Made by a program: the position numbers and the translations under genes. The notes beneath the pieces were generated by a model. It was not told the DNA's origin, did no database searches, and saw only the letters and a list, made by a program, of their open reading frames with translations. DNA of 44,128 nucleotides from Hydrurus foetidus. Taxonomy: Eukaryota. Positions 11,701 to 24,819 of the stretch are shown in pieces; position 1 is the first letter of the stretch; every line of letters starts with the position of its first letter. The stretch spans positions 1 to 44,128 of the forward strand of contig UYFQ01000102.1 in the NCBI GenBank assembly GCA_900617105.1, written 5' to 3'.

Positions 11701-13974
11701 GTCCGTAGCTTAGTCATTGATAAATACGAAATCATTCTGAACAGCAGTGGAACAAATGAATTCATAATTAATGAAACGATTTATACACGATTACGTAAAG
11801 ATACAGTGGTGAATCTGTGTCCATACGTTCCTATAAATCACTGTGACGAAGTGTCGTGTTATTCTAATCTGTTAATGCACATTCCTTGGCCTTTGGATGG
11901 TGAACTTAGCTTAATACCTGTCGGTTTATCGTCTATACAATACTATTCTCTTGTTAGAGACCAAAACTTATCCCCGAATACGTCAAATGTACATTAGAAA
12001 AGTACCAACATTCTGATATAATACGAAAAAATGTAGGTACTCTTTGTAGTAGTACAAGAATCGAACCTAATGACGGCAATGATTATAATGACGATGATAA
12101 TTTTCATGTGTATAATGCACATACGGATAGAAATGAATCCGAAATTAATTTTGTTGCAACGGACCTTTCTGATAATAATGGCGTACTTACGAACGTGTGT
12201 ACATCTAATAAGACATACTTAATGAATTATGGGCACACGCAACAAAAGAAATTTATGAATAATCTTTCTATTAGAAATCGTATTAATGTGGAAATTGACA
12301 GGGATTCAGTGTTTAGTATGGTTAGAAATAATATTCCCGTCGAGAACTATAATATTCGGTTACAATTGCTCTTGGAAAATGTCGAGCTACTAACTAAAGG
12401 ACAATTCGAAGCATAAAATATTGCTGTGGATTATATAAGTGGCAAAAATCAAAATCAAATGAGAATGTTTGTCTCTGGAGAAGGTGGAACTAGTTAATCT
12501 TTCCTTATATCATTAATAATGGAATTTACAAATATTTTTCATGGTAAACAAAATGGAATATATGGCACTGTGGTTGCTGTAGCGCCTACGGGCTCGGCGG
12601 CAAATGTCATCAGAGGTTTTACATGGCAATCTGTGTACGGGAAAGGTTTTAATAAATCAAATCTAAGTGACGTTATATCCGGTCCGTGCGCACAAGCGGT
12701 AGGTGCTAAACTAAATGGTGTTAAATTAGTAATTATAGATGAAATATCTATGATTAACCTCGAAACAGTTTAAGGCATACCAAATCTATGGGTACTCTTA
12801 TTACTGATGAAATGGAACGGATGAATAGAGAATCTTGTCACTTTGGCGGCACGCACGTATTATTTACTGGAGATTTCTATCAATTGAAACCTGTATTCGG
12901 ACAGCCCATTTATTTTGATCGTGTAGAAAACATTTACTGTGAAAAGGGACGTGAAATTTGGCTTAGTTTGAATGAGTATGTTGAGCTAATTGAGAATACT
13001 TGGTACAGAAATGAGGCTACTCCACATATGAATTTATTTCTGAGAGGAGCAAGAATTGGCAAAGTTGATATGAATTTATTACATATTGTAAACGAGCGTT
13101 TAATGGCTAGTGAAGATGCAGCTAAACGTCTCGCTGGTCCGAATGCTGTATGGATTGCACATAATAATAAAGATGTCGATCGTCTTAATAAGAACGATTT
13201 TGACGACAAAAAGGCCAAAGGGGTGAGATGCTTCCGTATATTCGCACGGCACACTTCAACTAAAACACCCGGAACTGCACCTTTTATTGAGGACGTGAAT
13301 AAGCTATGTAAAATATCTAATCCCAATGGTTTACCGCGGTTTATTGACATCGCAATTGGTACGAGAATCAGCTGCACAAGAAATTTGGGTACCCAAATAG
13401 GTACGTTAATTTATCTCAATTATTTATTATTTTATTATAATATAATATACAAATGTATTGTTTAGGTATATACAATGGAGCTAAAGGTACAATCGTTGGG
13501 TTCGTATCCGAGAGTACTACATGTTATGAGTATAGTCTCGATATTTTGGATTCGGACGGTAACCCGAAAGAAATTCCTATCGTTCTTGTTAAAATGGATG
13601 ATAACTTAGGTTTTTCTATATGTTCTACGATTCCTAATGTTATACCATAAGGAGAAATGTGTGATGATCGCATTAAGTACAAGAATGATTTTCACAGGTG
13701 GCAGTTACCTCTACGTGCTGCGTCTGCGACCACTACTCATAAAATGCAAGGATCCACGGTGCATGGAAATTGTGTTACATTAGCAACAAACTTAAGTGAA
13801 CATACGCCTTTTACACGTGGAATCGACTATGTATGTCATAGTAGGGCGAAAGATTTATCCAGTTTATTTCTTGTTCACGCTCTTCGACCTGAACACCTTA
13901 AAATATTTGGTGCGGACAGGAAGAAAGTTACTGCTGAGTACAACAGATTGCGCGTGCTATTTAACAAAGAATAA
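8712..13974 (+). pseudogene. Decayed intron-containing Rep-helicase (HUH Rep + PIF1) of a Helitron2/Helentron-type element
   Basis: Rep motifs: CFPTIYPYGRG, FFTTAPSD, YWRRVE|FQARGTPHVH (split by intron 10538-10728), YVASYASKFE. PIF1 motifs: GEGGTS*S (broken Walker A, stop 12495-12497), VAPTGSAA, IIDEISM, FGG..VLFTGDFYQLKPV, RWQLPL..A.TTHKMQGST, YVCHSRA. Other introns at 9439-9526, 10315-10375, ~11611-11689 and 13401-13465. Several premature stops and frameshifts. Confidence 0.92.
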
Positions 13975-14109
13975 TTATTATACTGTTACTATTATTATAT
14001 ACTGTGACTTGGTGCTATTGTAATTTTCTTATGTATTTTTAATTTGTTTAGTTTAGAATACTGATCTGCTTAACATCTACACAGGTCTAAACTGCCTAGT
14101 TACAATTTT

Positions 14110-17100
14110 AGTCTTAATGTTAACGACTAGAAGCCTCATCGATGTCCATTGCGTTTCTTTGAATGTTCCTTTCGATGAAGTATAGTTGAATGTTATATGC
14201 TTTAGTATATGAGTTTGTTCTCACTGTATCGCACCGTACAGTAAACTTTGTTATACATACGCACCAATATTTCAGCAAATGTGCACTAAGCGGCTGGAAT
14301 GGTTCGGTGCAACTCACCGAAAGAATAAGTTGTGGAAAGAATATGCATCGTCTTCTATGTCACCGGCTGCTTTGTTCTTGGGTGATTTGTCTCGACTCCT
14401 CAGCTTGTAGCAAAAGCTTGCTGGTTTCCCTCTTGATACATGATTGGAGCATGGAACAGATCACCTTTTATAGAATGCTCAGATGGTGTGTTCTGAGAAG
14501 CGATTCATAAGTATTTGATACATTTACATCCACGGTAGACTATAACAATACCTTGCGTGGTATGTATCTGGTATCTCAACGTGAGATAAATAGCTAACGG
14601 CGCTGTTCGAATGATTGCTATTGTTGATGGTCGAAGTCATAGTTAGTTGGTGTGATAATCATATGCCAGTGAGAAATTCATTTCTCACCGTGCATGTTCA
14701 CTCTGATTCGGCGGTTGCGTTGATGAATCGAGGGCGTCTGCTTATGAGAGTTAGAAGAGATACTGAGTTCGGAATCTGAAATGTATTATTGGTGAATTCT
14801 TTGCGATGCTATTCTACTCGTTTGCATAATCGAAACGAACCTATGTGGCGTCACAGTTGCGCTTGCCATTCGTCTACAAGTTGCGCCTGACACCTATTGT
14901 CCTTCCTGTATAAAAGTTTTACAGTTGGTTAGCATCGATTGTCCTGTGTTGCGTAAGTTCCATAAGTTGTCGCATCTTCTCAGTCAGAGTCCATACCTTC
15001 CGAATGTGTTGCACGGTGCTAATTACCTCTTATGCAATCTGAATGTCGAATATTTTTGGAGGGTGGTGATGTCTGTGTTATTTCCGATCGGTTTTTATCT
15101 ACATGTAATGATTCTCCAACGTGGAAGGTCAGAGCACGTATCTCTGTTGTTCCTCCACGCGGTATCCCATTGCCCGTGACATATATTCCTTTCGGGAATC
15201 CGAATGCGTCATTCTGAGAGTGGTGTGGCTCTACTAGATGGTTGTACGGCTGGCTTGTACGATGGGTTGTTGGATGTTGCAGATTGTTCGCATGTCTAGT
15301 GGCTTGTAGACTGTGTGATTGAATAGAGAATAGAGGATACGGTGATGTGAGTTTACAGACTGTCAGACACCGTATAGATAGAATGCGTCCCGGGACGCAT
15401 CCTATCTATACGGATAACGAATATAATGTATTCACGCGGTGTTTTGAAGTACAGAATACAATAGTCATATCAATTTCTGTGATCATACAGAATACAATTC
15501 GTACACAGACTACCGTATAGATAGGATGCGTCCCGGGACGCATCCTATCTATACGGATAACGAATGTAATGTATTCACGCGGTGTTTTGAAGTACAGAAT
15601 ACAATAATTATATCAATTTCTGTATCATACAGAATACAATTCGTACACAGACTACCGTATAGATTGGATCCGTCACGTAAGTGGTGCAATGATCATATTC
15701 ACCTCAGCCTAGAATAGAAGGTGACAGTATGACAACATTCATATTGTGATAATGAAGTATCACCTGATTATATACAGATTGCCGAGTCGTGACTATATGT
15801 CTATAGAAATTCAACCTGGTCCGGGTAATCTGTATCCTTATGTTCTTTTGTATCTACCGTGTTATAAAATGTTTTCGGCATGAATTATTGTTGGTGAGAG
15901 ATGGTTTGATTTGTGACCAACGCGTAAATGCATGTGGACGAAACATATGCATATATGGTGGAAACATGCCGTTTCGATTGACACACCTTATATTCGGTAT
16001 TTGTGAGTATTCGGTATTTGTGAATTAGTTGTTTTTCAACTTTTATACAATGATAGTATCCTCCGAGGAAAGCAAGGAACTACTTGGTTCTATTGTAATT
16101 TTGTTATATATTTTCAATTTGTATAGTTTCTGGTCTATACTTCCTGGTTACCATGTCAGTCTTAATGATAACGACTAGAAGCCTCATCGATGTCCATTGC
16201 GTTTCTTTGAATGTTCCTTTCGATGAAGTATAGTTGAATGTTATATGCTTTAGTATATGAGTTTGTTCTCACTGTATCGCACCGTACAGTAAACTTTGTT
16301 ATACATACGCACCAATATTTCAGCAAATGTGCACTAAGCGGCTGGAATGGTTCGGTGCAACTCACCGAAAGAATAAGTTGTGGAAAGAATATGCATCGTC
16401 TTCTATGTCACCGGCTGCTTTGTTCTTGGGTGATTTGTCTCGACTCCTCAGCTTGTAGCAAAAGCTTGCTGGTTTCCCTCTTGATACATGATTGGAGCAT
16501 GGAACAGATCACCTTTTATAGAATGCTCAGATGGTGTGTTCTGAGAAGCGATTCATAAGTATTTGATACATTTACATCCACGGTAGACTATAACAATACC
16601 TTGCGTGGTATGTATCTGGTATCTCAACGTGAGATAAATAGCTAACGGCGCTGTTCGAATGATTGCTATTGTTGATGGTCGAAGTCAAAGTTAGTTGGTG
16701 TGATAATCATATGCCAGTGAGAAATTCATTTCTCACCGTGCATGTTCACTCTGATTCGGCGGTTGCGTTGATGAATCGAGGGCGTCTGCTTATGAGAGTT
16801 AGAAGAGATACTGAGTTCGGAATCTGAAATGTATTATTGGTGAATTCTTTGCGATGCTATTCTACTCGTTTGCTTAATCGAAACGAACCTATGTGGCGTC
16901 ACAGTTGCGCTTGCCATTCGTCTACAAGTTGCGCCTGACACCTATTGTCCTTCCTGTATAAAAGTTTTACAGTTGGTTAGCATCGATTGTCCTGTGTTGC
17001 GTAAGTTCCATAAGTTGTCGCATCTTCTCAGTCAGAGTCCATACCTTCCGAATGTGTTGCACGGTGCTAATTACCTCTTATGCAATCTGAATGTCGAATA

Positions 17101-20100
17101 TTTTTGGAGGGTGGTGATGTCTGTGTTATTTCCGATCGGTTTTTATCTACATGTAATGATTCTCCAACGTGGAAGGTCAGAGCACGTATCTCTGTTGTTC
17201 CTCCACGCGGTATCCCATTGCCCGTGACATATATTCCTTTCGGGAATCCGAATGCGTCATTCTGAGAGTGGTGTGGCTCTACTAGATGGTTGTACGGCTG
17301 GCTTGTACGATGGGTTGTTGGATGTTGCAGATTGTACGCATGTCTAGTGGCTTGTAGACTGTGTGATTGAATAGAGAATAGAGGATACGGTGATGTGAGT
17401 TTACAGACTGTCAGACTACCGTATAGATAGAATGCGTCCCGGGACGCATCCTATCTATACGGATAACGAATATAATGTATTCACGCGGTGTTTTGAAGTA
17501 CAGAATACAATAGTCATATCAATTTCTGTGATCATACAGAATACAATTCGTACACAGACTACCGTATAGATAGGATACGTCCCGGGACGCATCCTATCTA
17601 TACGGATAACGAATGTAATGTATTCACGCGGTGTTTTGAAGTACAGAATACAATAGTCATATCAATTTCTGTGATCATACAGAATACAATTCGTACACAG
17701 ACTACCGTATAGATTGGATCCGTCACGTAAGTGGTGCAATGAACATATTCACCTCAGCCTAGAATAGAAGGTGACAGTATGACAACATTCATATTGTGAT
17801 AATGAAGTATCACCTGATTATATACAGATTGCCGAGTCGTGACTATATGTCTATAGAAATTCAACCTGGTCCGGGTAATCTGTATCCTTATGTTCTTTTG
17901 TATCTACCGTGTTATAAAATGTTTTCGGCATGAATTATTGTTGGTGAGAGATGGTTTGATTTGTGACCAACGCGTAAATGCATGTGGACGAAACATATGC
18001 ATATATGGTGGAAACATGCCGTTTCGATTGACACACCTTATATTCGGTATTTGTGAGTATTCGGTATTTGTGAATTAGTTGTTTTTCAACTTTTATACAA
18101 TGATAGTATCCTCCGAGGAAAGCAAGGAACTACTTGGTTCTATTGTAATTTTGTTATATATTTTCAATTTGTATAGTTTCTGGTCTATACTTCCTGGTTA
18201 CCATGTCAGTCTTAATGATAACGACTAGAAGCCTCCTCGATGTCCATTGCGTTTCTTTGAATGTTCCTTTCGATGAAGTATAGTTGAATGTTATATGCTT
18301 TAGTATATGAGTTTGTTCTCACTGTATCGCACCGTACAGTAAACTTTGTTATACATACGCACCAATATTTCAGCAAATGTGCACTAAGCGGCTGGAATGG
18401 TTCGGTGCAACTCACCGAAAGAATAAGTTGTGGAAAGAATATGCATCGTCTTCTATGTCACCGGCTGCTTTGTTCTTGGGTGATTTGTCTCGACTCCTCA
18501 GCTTGTAGCAAAAGCTTGCTGGTTTCCCTCTTGATACATGATTGGAGCATGGAACAGATCACCTTTTATAGAATGCTCAGATGGTGTGTTCTGAGAAGCG
18601 ATTCATAAGTATTTGATACATTTACATCCACGGTAGACTATAACAATACCTTGCGTGGTATGTATCTGGTATCTCAACGTGAGATAAATAGCTAACGGCG
18701 CTGTTCGAATGATTGCTATTGTTGATGGTCGAAGTCATAGTTAGTTGGTGTGATAATCATATGCCAGTGAGAAATTCATTTCTCACCGTGCATGTTCACT
18801 CTGATTCGGCGGTTGCGTTGATGAATCGAGGGCGTCTGCTTATGAGAGTTAGAAGAGATACTGAGTTCGGAATCTGAAATGTATTATTGGTGAATTCTTT
18901 GCGATGCTATTCTACTCGTTTGCTTAATCGAAACGAACCTATGTGGCGTCACAGTTGCGCTTGCCATTCGTCTACAAGTTGCGCCTGACACCTATTGTCC
19001 TTCCTGTATAAAAGTTTTACAGTTGGTTAGCATCGATTGTCCTGTGTTGCGTAAGTTCCATAAGTTGTCGCATCTTCTCAGTCAGAGTCCATACCTTCCG
19101 AATGTGTTGCACGGTGCTAATTACCTCTTATGCAATCTGAATGTCGAATATTTTTGGAGGGTGGTGATGTCTGTGTTATTTCCGATCGGTTTTTATCTAC
19201 ATGTAATGATTCTCCAACGTGGAAGGTCAGAGCACGTATCTCTGTTGTTCCTCCACGCGGTATCCCATTGCCCGTGACATATATTCCTTTCGGGAATCCG
19301 AATGCGTCATTCTGAGAGTGGTGTGGCTCTACTAGATGGTTGTACGGCTGGCTTGTACGATGGGTTGTTGGATGTTGCAGATTGTACGCATGTCTAGTGG
19401 CTTGTAGACTGTGTGATTGAATAGAGAATAGAGGATACGGTGATGTGAGTTTACAGACTGTCAGACTACCGTATAGATAGAATGCGTCCCGGGACGCATC
19501 CTATCTATACGGATAACGAATATAATGTATTCACGCGGTGTTTTGAAGTACAGAATACAATAGTCATATCAATTTCTGTGATCATACAGAATACAATTCG
19601 TACACAGACTACCGTATAGATAGGATACGTCCCGGGACGCATCCTATCTATACGGATAACGAATGTAATGTATTCACGCGGTGTTTTGAAGTACAGAATA
19701 CAATAGTCATATCAATTTCTGTGATCATACAGAATACAATTCGTACACAGACTACCGTATAGATTGGATCCGTCACGTAAGTGGTGCAATGAACATATTC
19801 ACCTCAGCCTAGAATAGAAGGTGACAGTATGACAACATTCATATTGTGATAATGAAGTATCACCTGATTATATACAGATTGCCGAGTCGTGACTATATGT
19901 CTATAGAAATTCAACCTGGTCCGGGTAATCTGTATCCTTATGTTCTTTTGTATCTACCGTGTTATAAAATGTTTTCGGCATGAATTATTGTTGGTGAGAG
20001 ATGGTTTGATTTGTGACCAACGCGTAAATGCATGTGGACGAAACATATGCATATATGGTGGAAACATGCCGTTTCGATTGACACACCTTATATTCGGTAT

Positions 20101-21643
20101 TTGTGAGTATTCGGTATTTGTGAATTAGTTGTTTTTCAACTTTTATACAATGATAGTATCCTCCGAGGAAAGCAAGGAACTACTTGGTTCTATTGTAATT
20201 TTGTTATATATTTTCAATTTGTATAGTTTCTGGTCTATACTTCCTGGTTACCATGTCAGTCTTAATGATAACGACTAGAAGCCTCATCGATGTCCATTGC
20301 GTTTCTTTGAATGTTCCTTTCGATGAAGTATAGTTGAATGTTATATGCTTTAGTATATGAGTTTGTTCTCACTGTATCGCACCGTACAGTAAACTTTGTT
20401 ATACATACGCACCAATATTTCAGCAAATGTGCACTAAGCGGCTGGAATGGTTCGGTGCAACTCACCGAAAGAATAAGTTGTGGAAAGAATATGCATCGTC
20501 TTCTATGTCACCGGCTGCTTTGTTCTTGGGTGATTTGTCTCGACTCCTCAGCTTGTAGCAAAAGCTTGCTGGTTTCCCTCTTGATACATGATTGGAGCAT
20601 GGAACAGATCACCTTTTATAGAATGCTCAGATGGTGTGTTCTGAGAAGCGATTCATAAGTATTTGATACATTTACATCCACGGTAGACTATAACAATACC
20701 TTGCGTGGTATGTATCTGGTATCTCAACGTGAGATAAATAGCTAACGGCGCTGTTCGAATGATTGCTATTGTTGATGGTCGAAGTCATAGTTAGTTGGTG
20801 TGATAATCATATGCCAGTGAGAAATTCATTTCTCACCGTGCATGTTCACTCTGATTCGGCGGTTGCGTTGATGAATCGAGGGCGTCTGCTTATGAGAGTT
20901 AGAAGAGATACTGAGTTCGGAATCTGAAATGTATTATTGGTGAATTCTTTGCGATGCTATTCTACTCGTTTGCATAATCGAAACGAACCTATGTGGCGTC
21001 ACAGTTGCGCTTGCCATTCGTCTACAAGTTGCGCCTGACACCTATTGTCCTTCCTGTATAAAAGTTTTACAGTTGGTTAGCAGTGATTGTCCTGTGTTGC
21101 GTAAGTTCCATAAGTTGTCGCATCTTCTCAGTCAGAGTCCATACCTTCCGAATGTGTTGCACGGTGCTAATTACCTCTTATGCAATCTGAATGTCGAATA
21201 TTTTTGGAGGGTGGTGATGTCTGTGTTATTTCCGATCGGTTTTTATCTACATGTAATGATTCTCCAACGTGGAAGGTCAGAGCACGTATCTCTGTTGTTC
21301 CTCCACGCGGTATCCCATTGCCCGTGACATATATTCCTTTCGGGAATCCGAATGCGTCATTCTGAGAGTGGTGTGGCTCTACTAGATGGTTGTACGGCTG
21401 GCTTGTACGATGGGTTGTTGGATGTTGCAGATTGTACGCATGTCTAGTGGCTTGTAGACTGTGTGATTGAATAGAGAATAGAGGATACGGTGATGTGAGT
21501 TTACAGACTGTCAGACTACCGTATAGATAGAATGCGTCCCGGGACGCATCCTATCTATACGGATAACGAATATAATGTATTCACGCGATGTTTTGAAGTA
21601 CAGAATACAATAGTCATATCAATTTCTGTGATCATACAGAATA
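14110..21643. repeat. Tandem array of ~2050-bp units, about 3.7 near-identical copies
   Basis: AGTCTTAATG(T/A)TAACGACTAGAAGCC recurs at 14110, 16158, 18208 and 20258, and the ORF track repeats with the same period. Weaker similarity extends left to ~14007. Confidence 0.97.
15370..15665. repeat. 143-bp sub-repeat (2 copies plus a stub per unit), each starting with a 44-bp palindrome
   Basis: CCGTATAGATAGGATGCGTCCC|GGGACGCATCCTATCTATACGG is perfect at 15513-15556. One-mismatch copies start at 15370, 17419, 17562, 19469, 19612 and 21519. Confidence 0.95.
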
Positions 21644-22227
21644 TACATCTACACTATTGGTGGAAAGCAAGACAGCCATCTGTCATCTGTCATGTGTCAT
21701 CCATGAATGATGCGTCTTGATATGTACGTAGCCTGACATCTGATTTTTGACGCATCCTTTTTATCCGGATGCAACTGAAAATGATGATTCGTGTGAAATC
21801 GTATCCGGTTCTTGCTTTCTTGTATCTTTAACACTAGGTGCAGATCATAAGTTCCTTAACAAAACCCTTCACCGATGTGATGTATTTATGCACGTTCGAT
21901 TCTGTTTGACGAATAATTACTCTTTACTTACAATCATATTCATAACTATCAACGGAATGCGTATACTATAAACAAATATTTTTACGTGTAAAAGCTAAAT
22001 AATAAAAATGTGTCACGGCAACAATTCGTTGTATCTCTATGGTATCTCTATGACCTTATAGTAAATAAACACCTTAACTACTTATGACAACTAACCTCCA
22101 TGTTATATATACTCTATAAACGTCATAATTTGGTGATCTGCTACTAAGATTAAATAATTTTATTTAAAATATCAATTTAATCCTATGTTTCCTTTCATCG
22201 TATTGTGTAAAATCATGTCAGATTAAG

Positions 22228-23134
22228 TCACTTAGCACATTTGAATTTCTTTACTGGACTGAATGTGTCGAAGTCGTAATCCGCATGTGGAGGAGGTTTT
22301 GTCGGTGTTATATTCCAATCTTCTGGCTTATTGATGAATTTTCCGGAGACCTTGAAATTTATGTTTGTTGGCCAATCCATGACGCTTGGTAGGGCATTAG
22401 GGTGCAGAGCCAATTGACTTGATTTACGGTTAGGGACAATATTAGTCAGTCCGCAAACATTTGGACACGTGTGAAAGGCGTTTTGCTGTGATGTTGCTTC
22501 TTGGAAGGTAAACTATGATATAATAACATGATTCATAAGTTCATATATTATAATATTGATTGACCAGAAGAAATTTATCATGGCTTACATGCAAAAAAGT
22601 AGACGCATCCGTCGAAATGAAATTTTCACTCCCGATAGTAGTCAGTGAAGTACTACTTGGCCACATGAAAACGGTCCTGGGTCCATTCCAATTTTTACTG
22701 TAAAAATAATTGTGTATGTGTTTGTTTAGTTGTTGAAGTAACCTTATCGTATAATTATATACTTTTACTCACAAGAACCAACGGTATAACTTTCCGGCGT
22801 GGTCCTCCCATGCTGTAACAATTCGTCTAACGCCTGTTGGGTTATATGTCTCCAGGTTAAACACTTTCTTTGTGTTAAACACTCCTGGTGTTTCTGTTTT
22901 AATCTTGATATCTGTGGAAGGCTCCAGATACTCCACTATAAAGCAACGTTGATAATACTCATCGAAAGCAACAACTTTTTGTTTGCCCTTGTTTGATGGA
23001 CCGGGCACTTGTATGATGTCAACAGTACCGGCCGTATTAGACGGATCCTCTTTGTCTTCAAAATCGTTAGTCAAATCGTGCTTGATGATGGCACTGTCAT
23101 CGTCGGAGATGGTGCTAGATGCAGATTTGCTCAT
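22228..23134 (-). CDS. Three-exon gene, 251 aa, possible OB-fold/RPA-like ssDNA-binding passenger protein
   Basis: Exons 23134-22773, 22697-22589 and 22512-22228 splice (GTGAGT..CAG, GTAAGC..TAG) into one stop-free frame. KKVFNLETYNPTGVRRIVTAWEDHA resembles the OB-fold pattern lxDxtGxxixvtxWxdxA. The fold call is tentative. Confidence 0.65.
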
Positions 23135-23543
23135 TATAACTTGTAAATATATTGCTACAAATGATACATGGGGATAATTTTGTGATCAATATTTAACGAA
23201 AACGAGAGCGGCATAGCTAATTTAGGCAGTCAATATGCTTACCAACTTCAACTAATCATTTTAGAATCGTTTATTCTTACTGTCTTCTTCAGATTACGTA
23301 GTAGACACACCAATCGTTGCAGTCCTCCAAATTTTCAAAATTGTGATCGCACTGAACATGTCTTCCGAACCACCCGATATCGTGCGTCGAAGTCAACAAG
23401 TCGTACACTCCCATTTGAGGTAATCGCACTTTGTTACTAGTTAGTAGTATGGAAGCATACGTCTTATATACGACTTTCGATATGCGAAAGGACAGTCCTA
23501 GGATCCTTTTATTTGATGGTATGGAGATCAGTGAGGGACGGCA

Positions 23544-23870
23544 GGACGCATTCTGTAGTTTAAGGACGCATGCTAGGTATACGGTTTTATTAAGTAACAC
23601 TGTCCTAACGGAACGTTGGGAGTTATGACGCCTCCTATACGGTAATATCAAGAAACCGTGCTAGGTATACGGTTTTGGGTGTCGATCGTAGAACGTGCGG
23701 TACATTGTAACCTATACGGAATTTCACATTGCCTGATGGTATACGGTTTTTATCATGGACCTTAGACTACTTATAGTAGTCAGGACGCAGCCTGACAAGA
23801 AGGATGCATCCTACAGTCTACCCAGCAGGACGCATCCTAACAAGAAGGACGCATCCTGCAGTCAACTCAG
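23544..23870. promoter_or_regulatory. Cluster of iterated GGACGCATCCT-like and TATACGG motifs between divergent genes
   Basis: GGACGCA-type motifs at 23544, 23564, 23783, 23802, 23828 and 23847; TATACGG x5 between ~23578 and 23746; 45-bp tandem duplication 23781-23870; hairpin GACTAC-TTATA-GTAGTC 23765-23781. Function is inferred only. Confidence 0.5.
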
Positions 23871-24018
23871 CCTCTATGGGTACACCGTTCCACCACAACG
23901 TGTTTAATTTAGGGAGCAATCCGATTGTAAACTCACAATTATTTCTGCATCAGACGCAAAAAGGTTCAACCTGATTTGAGTATGATCGGTTAGCTAAAAA
24001 CCCGTGCTCTAATATAAA

Positions 24019-24777
24019 ATGGAAGATAAAACTGTCCAAACAGATAGCGGAGGACATACGACAAGCAATGTGTCATCATTGGAATCGTTCTCCTGCAGTA
24101 AGCGGTTACTGGAAGATATTGGGGGTCAGGACAATTTAACATTGTTCATTACGTTACTTTCGCGATATGTAGAGGACAGCGAGCTTCAAGTTATAGAGTC
24201 TTCGAAGTTCACCGACGCGACATCGAACACTGAATTTAACTTCAGTTATGCATATCATAACAGTTATCTGTTCGGAAAATTTCTGGAATTGTCACCAATT
24301 TACATGGGAGCATCATGGTTTGTGCAGAAGTACACTCCGAGGAAATGTGTGCAACGCATAGTAACGCTTGGAGAGATATTGTACATATAGAATGTTCTTC
24401 TTGAAACAAGAATTCTTCTTTTCACGACCATAATATATGTAACAGGGAGATCTCGAATCACAGTGACATGGATGCAACGACAATTATAAATCTGGGGGGC
24501 ACAAAAGTTGCGATACCGAATGTATCGTCAAAAGATAAGGTGAATTCATACTGTCCCTTGACATATATAATCAGAACTCGTATAGACGCTGACTACAATG
24601 TATCCAACTCTTACAGGACACAATCGAACAATATTATGCTGGTAAGGAGACACGAAGAAGGACAAATGAGAAATTGAACAGATTTTTTACGGCGAGGAAT
24701 GATGAGTGGATTCGTTTTTTAGCGACGGTGTTTCCAGACGACATCATAGCGAAGAGTAAAATACCGTTCTCAAATTA
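24019..24777 (+). CDS. Hypothetical spliced gene or gene remnant, unknown function
   Basis: The 123-aa ORF joins the 24468 ORF in frame through a candidate intron 24381-24445 (weak GTACAT donor, CAG acceptor). The 3' structure is unresolved. Confidence 0.35.
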
Positions 24778-24819
24778 GCAACAAAGATGAAGAATATAAG
24801 AAATTCGAATTATAGAGGA

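Larger units (their letters stand above)
8570..24819 (+). mobile_element. Large Helitron2-like element, probably including the tandem array and passenger genes; boundaries uncertain
   Basis: RepHel gene followed by continuous AT-rich sequence. A GGACGCATCC/TATACGG motif recurs from 15.4 to 23.9 kb. Termini were not identified, and the right side is cut by an LTR at 24820. Confidence 0.5.

Noticed and set aside
14669..14688. Hairpin GTGAGAAAT-TC-ATTTCTCAC as a canonical Helitron 3' terminator
   Set aside because: It is AT-rich and not followed by CTRR at the expected distance on either strand.
15370..21643. CRISPR-like look of regularly spaced palindromes
   Set aside because: The intervening sequences are copies of one another rather than unique spacers, there are no cas genes, and the context is eukaryotic.
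14120..21720. Repeated 61-106 aa ORFs in the 2.05-kb units as genes
   Set aside because: Short, no recognisable motifs, and they recur only because the DNA is repeated. A decayed minus-strand spliced gene cannot be excluded, but I could not build a consistent model.
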